Assembly: GCF_046119375.1 (NCBI RefSeq)
Contig: NW_027362767.1
Span: forward strand, 39,308,001-39,372,000
Source of the DNA: Phyllobates terribilis
Taxonomy: Eukaryota
Direction: 5' to 3'
DNA length: 64,000 nt
In this document: in pieces, positions 13,501-26,620 of the stretch
How positions within the stretch are numbered: the first letter of the stretch is position 1
Layout of the letters: each line of letters begins with the position of its first letter
Notes under the pieces: generated by a model
The model's database searches: none
Seen by the model: only the letters and a program-made list of their open reading frames with translations
Told to the model about the DNA's origin: nothing
Position numbers and translations under genes: made by a program

Positions 13501-13801
13501 TGGCATTAACGTCTTAAAAAAATATTGATTCCTGCTATTCCATTTAATTGTAATGTAAGGGAGATAATGTAATGTCAGCACTTGAGCAGGAGAATTCTCC
13601 CACGCTGGGATGGCATTCTGATGACAGGCTGGATCGCAGCTGAGCGCTGCCATCCAGCTTGTCATCCTTCAGAGACACTGCAGAGTGCAGGCATTATGGG
13701 AACTTCCGATTCCGGTATTCAATATTGTAAAAGTATCGGAACTCCGATACCGCGAATATCGGTCGATACCCGATATTTCAGTATCGGAATGCTCAACACT
13801 A
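10506..13801. mobile_element. Non-autonomous hAT-type DNA transposon, copy 1 (3296 bp), with a palindromic interior
   Basis: 11-bp TIRs TAGTGTTGAGC / GCTCAACACTA and a perfect 8-bp TSD GCTGTGAT (10498-10505, 13802-13809). Subterminal CCGATA/TATCGG motifs are clustered at both ends. No transposase ORF. The TAG start and 8-bp TSD are hAT hallmarks. Confidence 0.9.
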
Positions 13802-15039
13802 GCTGTGATGCATCCGACGCAGACACCTCCTCTCCTGATCTTTATTGTTGGTGCAAATAAAATATAAAGCTTTACATCCCTGCACAAAACATAAATTAAC
13901 CCCTGCTCGGCTGACTTTGGCTCCCTTGACTATACAGGTGGCATATTACAAACTACCTAAGAAAGAAACAAAAGACGGCATGTGTCGAGATTATGAGATT
14001 GATGAAATTATACATTATGATTTAAATAAAAATAAAAACTAAAAAGATGAACTGAAATATAAGTTGGTGTGCATGCAGCGTGTAAGCGCTGTTCACACTG
14101 GCCACTAAACAAAGTCCAGGATAAAAACAGAATAAGAAAATACTCTGCAGTAAATGAATAAACAGCAATAGTGCAGGAAAATAATATAGGGCTCTTAGTT
14201 AACATAATTTAGATTAAAAAAATGTAAAAGCGATCCTACCATGTCACAGTTAACTAAGCCCCCTATGGTATTTTCATGTACTATTTCTGTTTATTTATTT
14301 AATGTAGGGTATTTGCTTATTCTGTTTTTAACATAATTTAAAATAACAGGAAACATTTCCCTTTAAAAGAGGAGCTGAAGGGTTAATGTCTGTAGGAATA
14401 CTGTTGGGGGGTCCCCAAATATCCATTTCGGAGGGTTCTGCTGGCTGTGGCGTATTCGCTTCCAGGATGTCGATATCGGGGGTCACTTACTTCTTGTCGG
14501 GGGTCACTTACTTCTTGTCGGGCACAGGAGTTTTTTGTTTTCACTGCAGCATTGTCACTATGTTACAAAATCGTGTCCATTTGTTTCCTGGGGGATAAGC
14601 GGCGCCTGATACGAGTGCTCAGCGGCCAATTTGTCTGATTATTGAGGAGCTGGGAAAATACCTGGTGCCCAACAAATAATTACGTAATATTATATCCTGG
14701 CTTACAATCTTGTGTTCCAGAACTGCGTTTGCTGTCGGTGGCTGGCACTGGTTACATGGGCATTGGGCACACTTTGAATGGCACTGTGTTCCTGCCTGTG
14801 CTGCTTATAGGGGCACTTTTGATTGCACTATATTAAGCAGGCACTCATGGGCTGGCCCTGATTATAGAGGCTCCTCTGACTGTGCTGTCTTATCAGGATA
14901 CCCTCCATCTGAAACTGTCGGTAAGAGTAGTCTGCTGATTGCACTGTATTACCAGAACACTCTGACACTGCTCATTGGGACATTCTCTGTATAACACTGT
15001 TTATAGGGGCAGTCTTTTAACTGCACTGTTTATCCAAGC

Positions 15040-15930
15040 ACTCTCTTTCTTACACTGTATATGGAGGCACTCTGGCCAGAACTGTTTATAGGGTCACTCT
15101 TTCAATTGCACTCTATTTATGAGGGTATTCTTTGGCACTGTTTATGGAGACACTCTTTTATTGGAACCATTTATGGAGGCACTCTGTCTGGCACTGTTTA
15201 TGGAGGCACTCTCTGTCTGACACTGTTTATGAAGGCACTCTCTGTCTGACACTGTTTATGGAGGCACTCTTTGCCTTGCACTGTTTTTGGAGTCACTCTC
15301 TATCTGATCTTGTTTATGGTGTCACTCTTTGGTTGACACTGTTTACAGAGGCATTCTCTGCCTTGCTCTGTTCATGATGGCACTCTCTGTTTGACACTGT
15401 TTATGGAGGCACTCTTTAGCTCCCCCTGTTTATGGAGGCACTCTTTAGCTCCCCCTGTTTATGGAGGCACTCTTTAGCTCCCCCTGTTTATGGGGGCACT
15501 CTTTAGATCCCCCTGTTTATGGGGGCACTCTTTGGCTCCCCCTGTTTATGGGAGCACTCTCTGGCTCCTCCTGTTTATGGAGGCACTCTCTGGCTCCCCC
15601 TGTTTATGGGGGCACTCTCTGGCTCTCCCATTTATGGGGGCACTCTCTGGCTCCCCCTGTTTATAGGGGCACTCTCTGGCTCCCCCTGTTTATAGGGGCA
15701 CTTTCTGGCTCCCCCTCTTTATGGAGGCACTCTCTGGCTACCCCTGTTTATAGGGGCACTCTCTGGCTCCCCCTGTTTATGGGGGCACTCTCTGGCTCCC
15801 CCTGTTTATGGGGGCACTCTCTGGCTCCCCCTGTTTATGGGGGCACTCTCTGGCTCCCCCTGTTTATGGGGGCACTTTCTGGCTCCCCCTGTTTATGGGG
15901 GCACTCTCTGGCTCCCCCTGTTTATGGGGG
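15040..15930 (+). repeat. 29-bp minisatellite, left sub-array (CTGTTTATGGGGGCACTCTCTGGCTCCCC variant)
   Basis: Degenerate units from about 14750-15040 become progressively more regular toward 15930. Confidence 0.9.
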
Positions 15931-15935
15931 TTATA

Positions 15936-16194
15936 GGAAGTTTCGCCCCCAGGTACATTTCACCCCCATCAGTTAGCCCTCAGGTACATTTCGCCCCCGC
16001 ACATTTCACCCCTATCATTTCGCCCCCAGAAAGATTCGCCCCCGCACATTTCGCCCCCGGACCGGGGCGAACTGGGGGCGATATGTGTGGGGGTGAAATG
16101 TGCGGGGGCAAAACATCCTGGGGGCCAAATGCTGGGGACAAAATGTGCTGGGGTGAAATGTACCCGGGGGCGAACTGCTGGGGACAAAACATCC
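15936..16194. mobile_element. ~260-bp palindromic MITE-like insert built from TTCGCCCC/GGGGCGAA motifs
   Basis: The left half has repeated (T)TTC(G/A)CCCC motifs and the right half their reverse complements, centred near 16057. Ends GGAAGTTTCGCCCC / GGGGACAAAACATCC are imperfect inverted repeats. No convincing TSD; superfamily unassigned. Confidence 0.6.
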
Positions 16195-16251
16195 AATTCT
16201 CATTTATGGGAGCAGTCTCTGACTCACCCTGTTTCACTCTCTGGGTGACAC

Positions 16252-16382
16252 ATTATTATTATTATTATTATTTCCTTATTTATATAGCACCATTGATTCC
16301 ATGGGTCTACAAATGAGGAGGGGTTACATACATTTACATTAAATGAACTAACAGTGACAGACTGGTACAGGGGGAAGAGGGA
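16252..16382 (-). mobile_element. 3' tail fragment of a CR1/L2-type LINE or related SINE
   Basis: (ATT)n microsatellite followed by TTTATATAGCACCATTGATTCCATGG..., i.e. a minus-strand element ending in a (TAA)n tail, the typical L2/CR1-derived 3' end. Assignment is by recognition of the motif only. Confidence 0.55.
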
Positions 16383-16384
16383 CA

Positions 16385-18990
16385 CTATTTATGGAGGCAC
16401 TCTATGGCTGTCCCTGTTTCTGGACGCACTCTTTGACTGGCACTTTTTATGGAAGCACTCTCTGGCTGACACTGTTTATGGAGGCACTCTATGGCTGTCC
16501 CTGTTTCTGGAGGCACTCTATGGCTGACCTGGTTTATGGAAACACTCTATGGCTGACCCTGTTTATGAAGGCACTCTGGCTGACACTGTTTATGAAGGCA
16601 CTCTGGCTGACACTGTTTATGGAGGCACTCTATGGCTGACCCTGTTTATGAAGGCACTCTATGGCTGACACTGTTTATGGAGGCTCTGTGTGTCTGACCC
16701 TGTTTATGGAGGCACTCTGGCTGACCCTGTTTATGGAGGCACTCTGGCTGACCCTGTTTATGGAGGCACTCTGGCTGACCCTGTTTATGGAGGCACTCTA
16801 TGGCTGACACTGTTTATGGAGGCTCTGTGTGTCTGACCCTGTTTATTGAGGCACTCTATGGCTGACCCTGTTTATGGAGGCACTCTGGCTGACACTGTTT
16901 ATGGAGGCACTCTATGCCTGACACTGTTTATGGAGGCAATCTATGGCTGACCCTGTTTATGGAGGCATTCTATGGCTGACCCTGTTTATGGAGGCATTCT
17001 ATGGCTGACCCTGTTTATGGAGGCACTCTATGGCTGACACTGTTTATGGAGGCACTCTATGGCTGACTCTGTTTATGGAGGCACTCTATGGCTGACACTG
17101 TTTATGGAGGCACTCTATGGCTGACTCTGTTTATGGAGGCACTCTATGGCTGACACTGTTTATGGAGGCACTCTATGGCTGACCCTGTTTATGGAGGTAC
17201 TCTATGGCTGACCCTGTTTATGGAGGCACTCTATGGCTGACAATATTTCTGGAGGCTCTGCGTGTCTGACTCTGTTTATGGAGGCACTCTGGCTGACACT
17301 GTTTATGGAGGCACTCTATGGCTGACCCTGTTTATGGAGGCACTCTATGGCTGACAATATTTCTGGAGGCTCTGTGTGTCTGACTCTGTTTATGGAGGCA
17401 CTCTGGCTGACACTGTTTATGGAGGCACTCTATGGCTGACCCTGTTTATGGAGGCACTCTATGGCTGACCCTGTTTATGGAGGCACTCTATGGCTGATAC
17501 TGTTTATGGAGGCACTCTAGCTGACCCTGTTTATGGAGACACTCTATGGCTGACCCTGTTTATGGAGGCACTCTATGGCTGACCCTGTTTATGGAGGCAC
17601 TCTATGGCTGACCCTGTTTTTGGAGGCACTCTATGGCTGACCCTGTTTATGGAGGCACTCTATGGCTGACCCTGTTTATGGAGACACTCTTTGGCTGACC
17701 CTGTTTATGGAGGCACTCTATGGCTGACCCTGTTTATGGAGGCACTCTATGGCTGACCCTGTTTATGGAGGCACTCTATGGCTGACCCTGTTTATGGAGA
17801 CACTCTATGGCTGACCCTGTTTATGGAGGCACTCTATGGCTGACACTGTTTATGGAGGCACTCTATGGCTGACTCTGTTTATGGAGGCACTCTATGGCTG
17901 ACCCTGTTTATGGAGGCACTCTATGGCTGACCCTATTTATGGAGGCACTCTATGGCTGACCCTGTTTATGGAGGCACTCTATGGCTGACAATATTTCTGG
18001 AGGCTCTGTGTGTCTGACTCTGTTTATGGAGGCACTCTGGCTGACACTGTTTATGGAGGCACTCTGGCTGACACTGTTTATGGAGGCACTCTGGCTGACA
18101 CTGTTTATGGAGGCACTCTATGGCTGACACTGTTTATGGAGGCACTCTATGGCTGACACTGTTTATGGAGGCACTCTATGGCTGACCCTGTTTATGGAGG
18201 TACTCTATGGCTGACCCTGTTTATGGAGGCACTCTATGGCTGACTCTGTTTATGGAGGCACTCTATGACTGACACTGTTTATGGAGGCACTCTAGCTGAC
18301 CCTGTTTATGGAGACACTCTATGGCTGACCCTGTTTATGGAGGCACTCTATGGCTGACCCTGTTTATGGAGGCACTCTATGGCTGACCCTGTTTTTGGAG
18401 GCACTCTATGGCTGACCCTGTTTATGGAGTCACTCTATGGCTGACCCTGTTTATGGAGACACTCTTTGGCTGACCCTGTTTATGGAGGCACTCTATGGCT
18501 GACCCTGTTTATGGAGGCACTCTATGGCTGACCCTGTTTATGGAGGCACTATATGGCTGACCCTGTTTATGGAGGCACTCTATGGCTGACCCTGTTTATG
18601 GAGGCACTCTATGGCTGACCCTGTTTATGGAGGCACTCTATGGCTGACCCTGTTTATGGAGGCATTCTATGGCTGACCCTGTTTATGGAGGCACTCTATG
18701 GCTGACCCTGTTTATGGAGGCACTCTATGGCTGACCCTGTTTATGGAGGCACTCTATGGCTGACTCTGTTTATGGAGGCACTCTATGGCTGACACTGTTT
18801 ATGGAGGCACTCTATGGCTGACCCTATTTATGGAGGCACTCTATGGCTGACCCTGTTTATGGAGGCACTCTATGGCTGACCCTGTTTATGGAGGCACTCT
18901 ATGGCTGACCCTGTTTATGGAGGCACTCTATGGCTGACCCTGTTTATGGAGGCACTCTATGGCTGACCCTGTTTATGGAGGCACTCTTTG
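16385..18990 (+). repeat. 29-bp minisatellite, right sub-array (CTGTTTATGGAGGCACTCTATGGCTGACC; 27-bp variants)
   Basis: About 90 tandem units, highly homogeneous toward the right end. Confidence 0.95.
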
Positions 18991-20528
18991 TCTGCACTGT
19001 TTTGATTGCACTTTCTTATAAGGAAACTCATTGGCTGCACCTTCTCTTGGGTGGGGATTTAGAGCGATTTTTGTGCTCATTTAGGATTTATGGGGGGGCT
19101 TTTACACTATTCTGACTTTATTTAAAGGGATATTTCCAGTATGTGGGGTTAGCCTTTATGTGTGATGAGTGTGTCCCCTATTTCTAAAATCTAAACGTTT
19201 AGTAATTTTGTCTTTGGTGCTTTGAATGGCTGGATCTGTATGCTCACTATGGGATGACAGCATAGAGGCAGCACCTGTGACTACCAGGGGGCCCGGAGAG
19301 GGTTATGGGGGGCCAGATAAGGTTGGCTTCATCCCTCCGCTTTATGGGCTCAAACTCTGCGCAGGAAACAAACAAGGGAGAAGGAACTGCCCACGGGTCA
19401 TGCTGCCCTTCTCCTCTATAGGGGGTGGGAATGGGGGAGGTAAATGGCAGGGTGCGGCGGGGTGACCCTTTCATCGCTATGGGGCCCACTCTCCCCTACC
19501 CTCAGTGTGACTGTCTCCGATCAGGGGTAATAAGGGGTTAAATTCTGGCAGTATGACAGCAGTGAGGATCTACATGGCTTCCTGTGTGCAGCAGATGAAA
19601 TATGATCTTGAGTGTAGGGTGGATATATAGGGAGACATGGAGCGAGTTCTGTTACTGCCGTATACTGCTATATACACTGGACTATAAAATGGCGCGGGGG
19701 CTTCAGAAAATACACCCCTCGAAATAAGCAACATTGTACTGCCCTAAAATATCGATTGTGCCCCACCCCCAAAATTCCCTTAAAATAATCCTATGTTCCT
19801 GCAAGTAATGAATGATGGGTGACTGACAACCATATGTGCAATTATAGTGCCAGGAAAAGTTGTCAGCCAGCTCTCCGGAGATCCTGAATGGCAGATCTCC
19901 CCATTCTCTCTCTTCAATTGCTCCTAGTAGGTTTTGCAGCTCATGAACCAGGAAGCTCAGGATGAACAGCCCTTTAAGCCCCCACCCCTGCTACATTAAT
20001 TAATTAACGACCTTCATTTCGATCTCGAGCCATGGCGACTAATGGTTGAACGTTTTGTGGATGAAACTGTGGGAGAACTCTGGAGTAAAAAGCCAATTGC
20101 ATTAAGCTTGTGATCATTATGGAAAAAAACCCTTATAGGACCCCCACGTTTTGCATTATTGGGGGGAGATACAAAGAGGGGTAGGAGATGAGGGGCGAGG
20201 TAGGGTGTCAGCCCAGTGGGGGCGCTGCACAGGGAGGAGCACTACAGTAACCGCACTGCCCTGTCCGCCATAATCACAGGGTGAGCAGATCAGTCACTGG
20301 AAACAAGACCCATATTGTTACTGAGCAGCTGCCATGCAGGGTGCTGTCACGTGTGCCCAGGTTTTCCTCTGCAGCCGACTGCCAGCACTGGAGAGAATTC
20401 TGCTTATTCTTCATAGATCCGCAGCTGCCGGATGTCCAGAGACGGAGACAGGATTCAAGGAATTGCCCCTGGGAATGGCGTCATAGTGTCCTAAATAAGC
20501 ACAGCGGGCGTCATTCCGTATGTGATTT

Positions 20529-23500
20529 CACCAGCAGAATAGTGAGGGCAGCTCTGGAGTATAATACAGGATATAACTCAGGATCAGTAATGTAATGTAT
20601 GTACACAGTGACTGCACCAGCAGAATAGTGAGTGCAGCTCTGGAGTATAATACAGAAGGTAACTCAGGATCAGTAATGTAATGTATGTACACAGTGACTG
20701 CACCAGCAGAATAGTGAGTGCAGCTCTGGAGTATAATACAGGATGTAACTCAGGATCAGTAATGTAATGTATGTACACAGTGACTGCCCCAGCAGAATAG
20801 TGAGTGCAGCTCTGGAGTATAATACAGGCTGTAACTGACGATCAGTAATGTAATGTATGTACACAGTGACTGCACCAGCAGAATAGTGAGTGCAGCTCTG
20901 GGGTATAATACAGGATGTAACTCAGGATCAGTAATGTAATGTATGTACACAGTGACTGCCCCAGCAGAATAGTGAGTGCAGCTCTGGAGTATAATACAGG
21001 CTGTAACTGACGATCAGTAATGTAATGTATGTACACAGTGACTGCACCAGCAGAATAGTGAGTGCAGCTCTGGGGTATAATACAGGATGTAACTCAGGAT
21101 CAGTAATGTAATGTATGTACACAGTGCCTGCAGCAGCAGAATAGTGAGTGCAGCTCTGGAGTATAATACAGGATGTAACTCAGGATCAGTACAGGATCAG
21201 TAATGTAATGTATGTACACAGTGCCTGCAGCAGCAGAATAGTGAGTGCAGCTCTGGGGTATAATATAGGATGAAACTCAGGATCAGTAATGTAATGTATG
21301 TACACAGTGACTGCACCAGCAGAATAGTGAGTGCAGCTCTGGAGTATAATACAGGAGGTAACTTAGGATCAGTAATGTAATGTATGTACACAGTGACTGC
21401 ACCAGCAGAATAGTGAGTGCAGCTCTGGAGTATAATACAGGAGGTAACTCAGGATCAGTAATGTAATGTATGTACACAGTGACTGCACCAGCAGAATAGT
21501 GAGTGCAGCTCTGGAGTATAATACAGGAGGTAACTTAGGATCAGTAATGTAATGTATGTACACAGTGACTGCACCAGCAGAATAGTGAGTGCAGCTCTGG
21601 AGTATAATACAGGAGGTAACTCAGGATCAGTAATGTAATGTATGTACACAGTGACTGCACCAGCAGAATAGTGAGTGCAGCTCTGGAGTATAATACAGGA
21701 TGTAACTCAGGATCAGTACAGGATCAGTAATGTAATGTATGTACACAGTGACTGCACCAGCAGAAGAGTGAGTGCAGCTCTGGAGTATAATACAGGATGT
21801 AACTCATGATCAGTACAGGATCAGTAATGTAATGTATATACACAGTGACTGCACCAGCAGAATAGTGAGTGCAGCTCTGGAGGATAATACAGGATGTAAC
21901 TCAGGATCAGTAATGTAATGTATGTACACAGTGACTGCACAGCAGAAGAGTGAATGCAGCTCTGGAGTATAATACAGGATGTAACTCAGGATCAGTAATA
22001 TGTATGTACACAGTGACTGCAACAGCAGAATAGTGAGTGTTGCTCTGGAGGATAATACAGGATGTAACTCAGGATCAGTAATATAATGTATGTACACAGT
22101 GACTGCAACAGCAGAATAGTGAGTGCAGCTCTGGAGTATAATACAGGAGGTAACTCCGGATCAGTAATGTAATGTATGTACACAGTGACTGCACCAGCAG
22201 AATAGTGAGTGCAGCTCTGGAGGATAATACAGGATGTAACTCAGGATCAGTACAGGATCAGTAATGTAATGTATGTACACAGTGACTGCACCAGCAGAAT
22301 AGTGAGTGCAGCTCTGGGGTATAATACAGGATGTAACTTAGGATCAGTAATGTAATGTATGTACACAGTGCCTGCAGCAGCAGAATAGTGAGTGCAGCTC
22401 TGGAGTATAATACAGGATGTAACTCAGGATCAGTACAGGATCAGTAATGTAATGTATGTACACAGTGCCTGCAGCAGCAGAATAGTGAGTGCAGCTCTGG
22501 GATATAATATAGGATGAAACTCAGGATCAGTAATGTAATGTATGTACACAGTGACTGCACCAGCAGAATAGTGAGTGCAGCTCTGGAGTATAATACAGGA
22601 TGTAACTCAGGATCAGTAATGTAATGTATGTACACAGTGACTGCACCAGCAGAATAGTGAGTGCAGCTCTGGAGTATAATACAGGATGTAACTCAGGATC
22701 AGTAATGTAATGTATGTACACAGTGACTACACCAGCAGAATAGTGAGTGCAGCTCTGGAGTATAATACAGGAGGTAACTCCGGATCAGTAATGTAATGTA
22801 TGTACACAGTGACTGCACCAGCAGAATAGTGAGTGCAGCTCTGGAGGATAATACAGGATGTAACTCAGGATCAGTACAGGATCAGTAATGTAATGTATGT
22901 ACACAGTGACTGCACCAGCAGAATAGTGAGTGCAGCTCTGGAGTATAATACAGGAGGTAACTCAGGATCAGTAATGTAATGTATGTACACAGTGACTACA
23001 CCAGCAGAATAGTGAGTGCAGCTCTGGAGTATAATACAGGAGGTAACTCCGGATCAGTAATGTAATGTATGTACACAGTGACTGCACCAGCAGAATAGTG
23101 AGTGCAGCTCTGGAGGATAATACAGGATGTAACTCAGGATCAGTACAGGATCAGTAATGTAATGTATGTACACAGTGACTGCACCAGCAGAATAGTGAGT
23201 GCAGCTCTGGGGTATAATACAGGATGTAACTTAGGATCAGTAATGTAATGTATGTACACAGTGCCTGCAGCAGCAGAATAGTGAGTGCAGCTCTGGAGTA
23301 TAATACAGGATGTAACTCAGGATCAGTACAGGATCAGTAATGTAATGTATGTACACAGTGCCTGCAGCAGCAGAATAGTGAGTGCAGCTCTGGGATATAA
23401 TATAGGATGAAACTCAGGATCAGTAATGTAATGTATGTACACAGTGACTGCACCAGCAGAATAGTGAGTGCAGCTCTGGAGTATAATACAGGATGTAACT

Positions 23501-26500
23501 CAGGATCAGTAATGTAATGTATGTACACAGTGACTGCACCAGCAGAATAGTGAGTGCAGCTCTGGAGTATAATACAGGATGTAACTCAGGATCAGTAATG
23601 TAATGTATGTACACAGTGACTGCACCAGCAGAATAGTGAGTGCAGCTCTGGAGTATAATACAGGATGTAACTCAGGATCAGTACAGGATCAGTAATGTAA
23701 TGTATGTACACAGTGACTGCACCAGCAGAAGAGTGAGTGCAGCTCTGGAGTATAATACAGGATGTAACTCATGATCAGTACAGGATCAGTAATGTAATGT
23801 ATATACACAGTGACTGCACCAGCAGAATAGTGAGTGCAGCTCTGGAGGATAATACAGGATGTAACTCAGGATCAGTAATGTAATGTATGTACACAGTGAC
23901 TGCACAGCAGAAGAGTGAGTGCAGCTCTGGAGTATAATACAGGATGTAACTCAGGATCAGTAATATGTATGTACACAGTGACTGCAACAGCAGAATAGTG
24001 AGTGTTGCTCTGGAGGATAATACAGGATGTAACTCAGGATCAGTAATATAATGTATGTACACAGTGACTGCAACAGCAGAATAGTGAGTGCAGCTCTGGA
24101 GTATAATACAGGAGGTAACTCAGGATCAGTAATGTAATGTATGTACACAGTGACTGCACCAGCAGAATAGTGAGTGCAGCTCTGGAGGATAATACAGGAT
24201 GTAACTCAGGATCAGTACAGGATCAGTAATGTAATGTATGTACACAGTGACTGCACCAGCAGAATAGTGAGTGCAGCTCTGGGGTATAATACAGGATGTA
24301 ACTTAGGATCAGTAATGTAATGTATGTACACAGTGCCTGCAGCAGCAGAATAGTGAGTGCAGCTCTGGAGTATAATACAGGATGTAACTCAGGATCAGTA
24401 CAGGATCAGTAATGTAATGTATGTACACAGTGCCTGCAGCAGCAGAATAGTGAGTGCAGCTCTGGGATATAATATAGGATGAAACTCAGGATCAGTAATG
24501 TAATGTATGTACACAGTGACTGCACCAGCAGAATAGTGAGTGCAGCTCTGGAGTATAATACAGGATGTAACTCAGGATCAGTAATGTAATGTATGTACAC
24601 AGTGACTGCACCAGCAGAATAGTGAGTGCAGCTCTGGAGTATAATACAGGATGTAACTCAGGATCAGTAATGTAATGTATGTACACAGTGACTGCACCAG
24701 CAGAATAGTGAGTGCAGCTCTGGAGTATAATACAGGATGTAACTCAGGATCAGTACAGGATCAGTAATGTAATGTATGTACACAGTGACTGCACCAGCAG
24801 AAGAGTGAGTGCAGCTCTGGAGTATAATACAGGATGTAACTCATGATCAGTACAGGATCAGTAATGTAATGTATATACACAGTGACTGCACCAGCAGAAT
24901 AGTGAGTGCAGCTCTGGAGGATAATACAGGATGTAACTCAGGATCAGTAATGTAATGTATGTACACAGTGACTGCACAGCAGAAGAGTGAGTGCAGCTCT
25001 GGAGTATAATACAGGATGTAACTCAGGATCAGTAATATGTATGTACACAGTGACTGCAACAGCAGAATAGTGAGTGTTGCTCTGGAGGATAATACAGGAT
25101 GTAACTCAGGATCAGTAATATAATGTATGTACACAGTGACTGCAACAGCAGAATAGTGAGTGCAGCTCTGGAGTATAATACAGGAGGTAACTCAGGATCA
25201 GTAATGTAATGTATGTACACAGTGACTGCACCAGCAGAATAGTGAGTGCAGCTCTGGAGGATAATACAGGATGTAACTCAGGATCAGTACAGGATCAGTA
25301 ATGTAATGTATGTACACAGTGACTGCACCAGCAGAATAGTGAGTGCAGCTCTGGGGTATAATACAGGATGTAACTCAGGATCAGTAATGTAATGTATGTA
25401 CACAGTGCCTGCAGCAGCAGAATAGTGAGTGCAGCTCTGGAGTATAATACAGGATGTAACTCAGGATCAGTACAGGATCAGTAATGTAATGTATGTACAC
25501 AGTGCCTGCAGCAGCAGAATAGTGAGTGCAGCTCTGGGATATAATATAGGATGAAACTCAGGATCAGTAATGTAATGTATGTACACAGTGACTGCACCAG
25601 CAGAATAGTGAGTGCAGCTCTGGAGTATAATACAGGAGGTAACTCAGGATCAGTAATGTAATGTATGTACACAGTGACTGCACCAGCAGAATAGTGAGTG
25701 CAGCTCTGGAGTATAATACAGGATGTAACTCAGGATCAGTAATGTAATGTATGTACACAGTGACTGCACCAGCAGAATAGTGAGTGCAGCTCTGGAGTAT
25801 AATACAGGATGTAACTCAGGATCAGTACAGGATCAGTAATGTAATGTATGTACACAGTGACTGCACCAGCAGAAGAGTGAGTGCAGCTCTGGAGTATAAT
25901 ACAGGATGTAACTCATGATCAGTACAGGATCAGTAATGTAATGTATATACACAGTGACTGCACCAGCAGAATAGTGAGTGCAGCTCTGGAGGATAATACA
26001 GGATGTAACTCAGGATCAGTAATGTAATGTATGTACACAGTGACTGCACAGCAGAAGAGTGAGTGCAGCTCTGGAGTATAATACAGGATGTAACTCAGGA
26101 TCAGTAATATGTATGTACACAGTGACTGCAACAGCAGAATAGTGAGTGTTGCTCTGGAGGATAATACAGGATGTAACTCAGGATCAGTAATATAATGTAT
26201 GTACACAGTGACTGCAACAGCAGAATAGTGAGTGCAGCTCTGGAGTATAATACAGGAGGTAACTCAGGATCAGTAATGTAATGTATGTACACAGTGACTG
26301 CACCAGCAGAATAGTGAGTGCAGCTCTGGAGGATAATACAGGATGTAACTCAGGATCAGTACAGGATCAGTAATGTAATGTATGTACACAGTGACTGCAC
26401 CAGCAGACTAGTGATTGCAGCTCTGGAGGATAATACAGGATGTAACTCAGGATCAGTAATGTAATATATGTACACAGTGACTGCACCAGCAGAATAGTGA

Positions 26501-26620
26501 GTGCAGCACTGGAGTATAATACAGGATGTAACTCAGGATCAGTACAGGATCAGTAATGTAATGTATGTACATAGTGACTGCACCAGCAGAATAGTGAGTG
26601 CAGCTCTGGAGGATAATACA
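20529..26620 (+). repeat. 86-bp satellite array with a 1072-bp higher-order repeat
   Basis: Same unit as 4315-7915. Diagnostic variants recur at exactly 1072 bp (track ORF starts 23775/24847/25919 and 23334/24406/25478). An 11-bp TACAGGATCAG insertion marks some monomers. Confidence 0.96.

Noticed and set aside
19683-19700. TATAAAATGGCGCGG as a TATA/YY1 promoter
   Set aside because: It is an isolated motif with no CpG island or downstream exon evidence.
4380-26292. Dozens of near-identical 64-aa ORFs (MYIHYITDPEL...)
   Set aside because: They are translations of the 86-bp satellite at 86-bp spacing, not a gene family.
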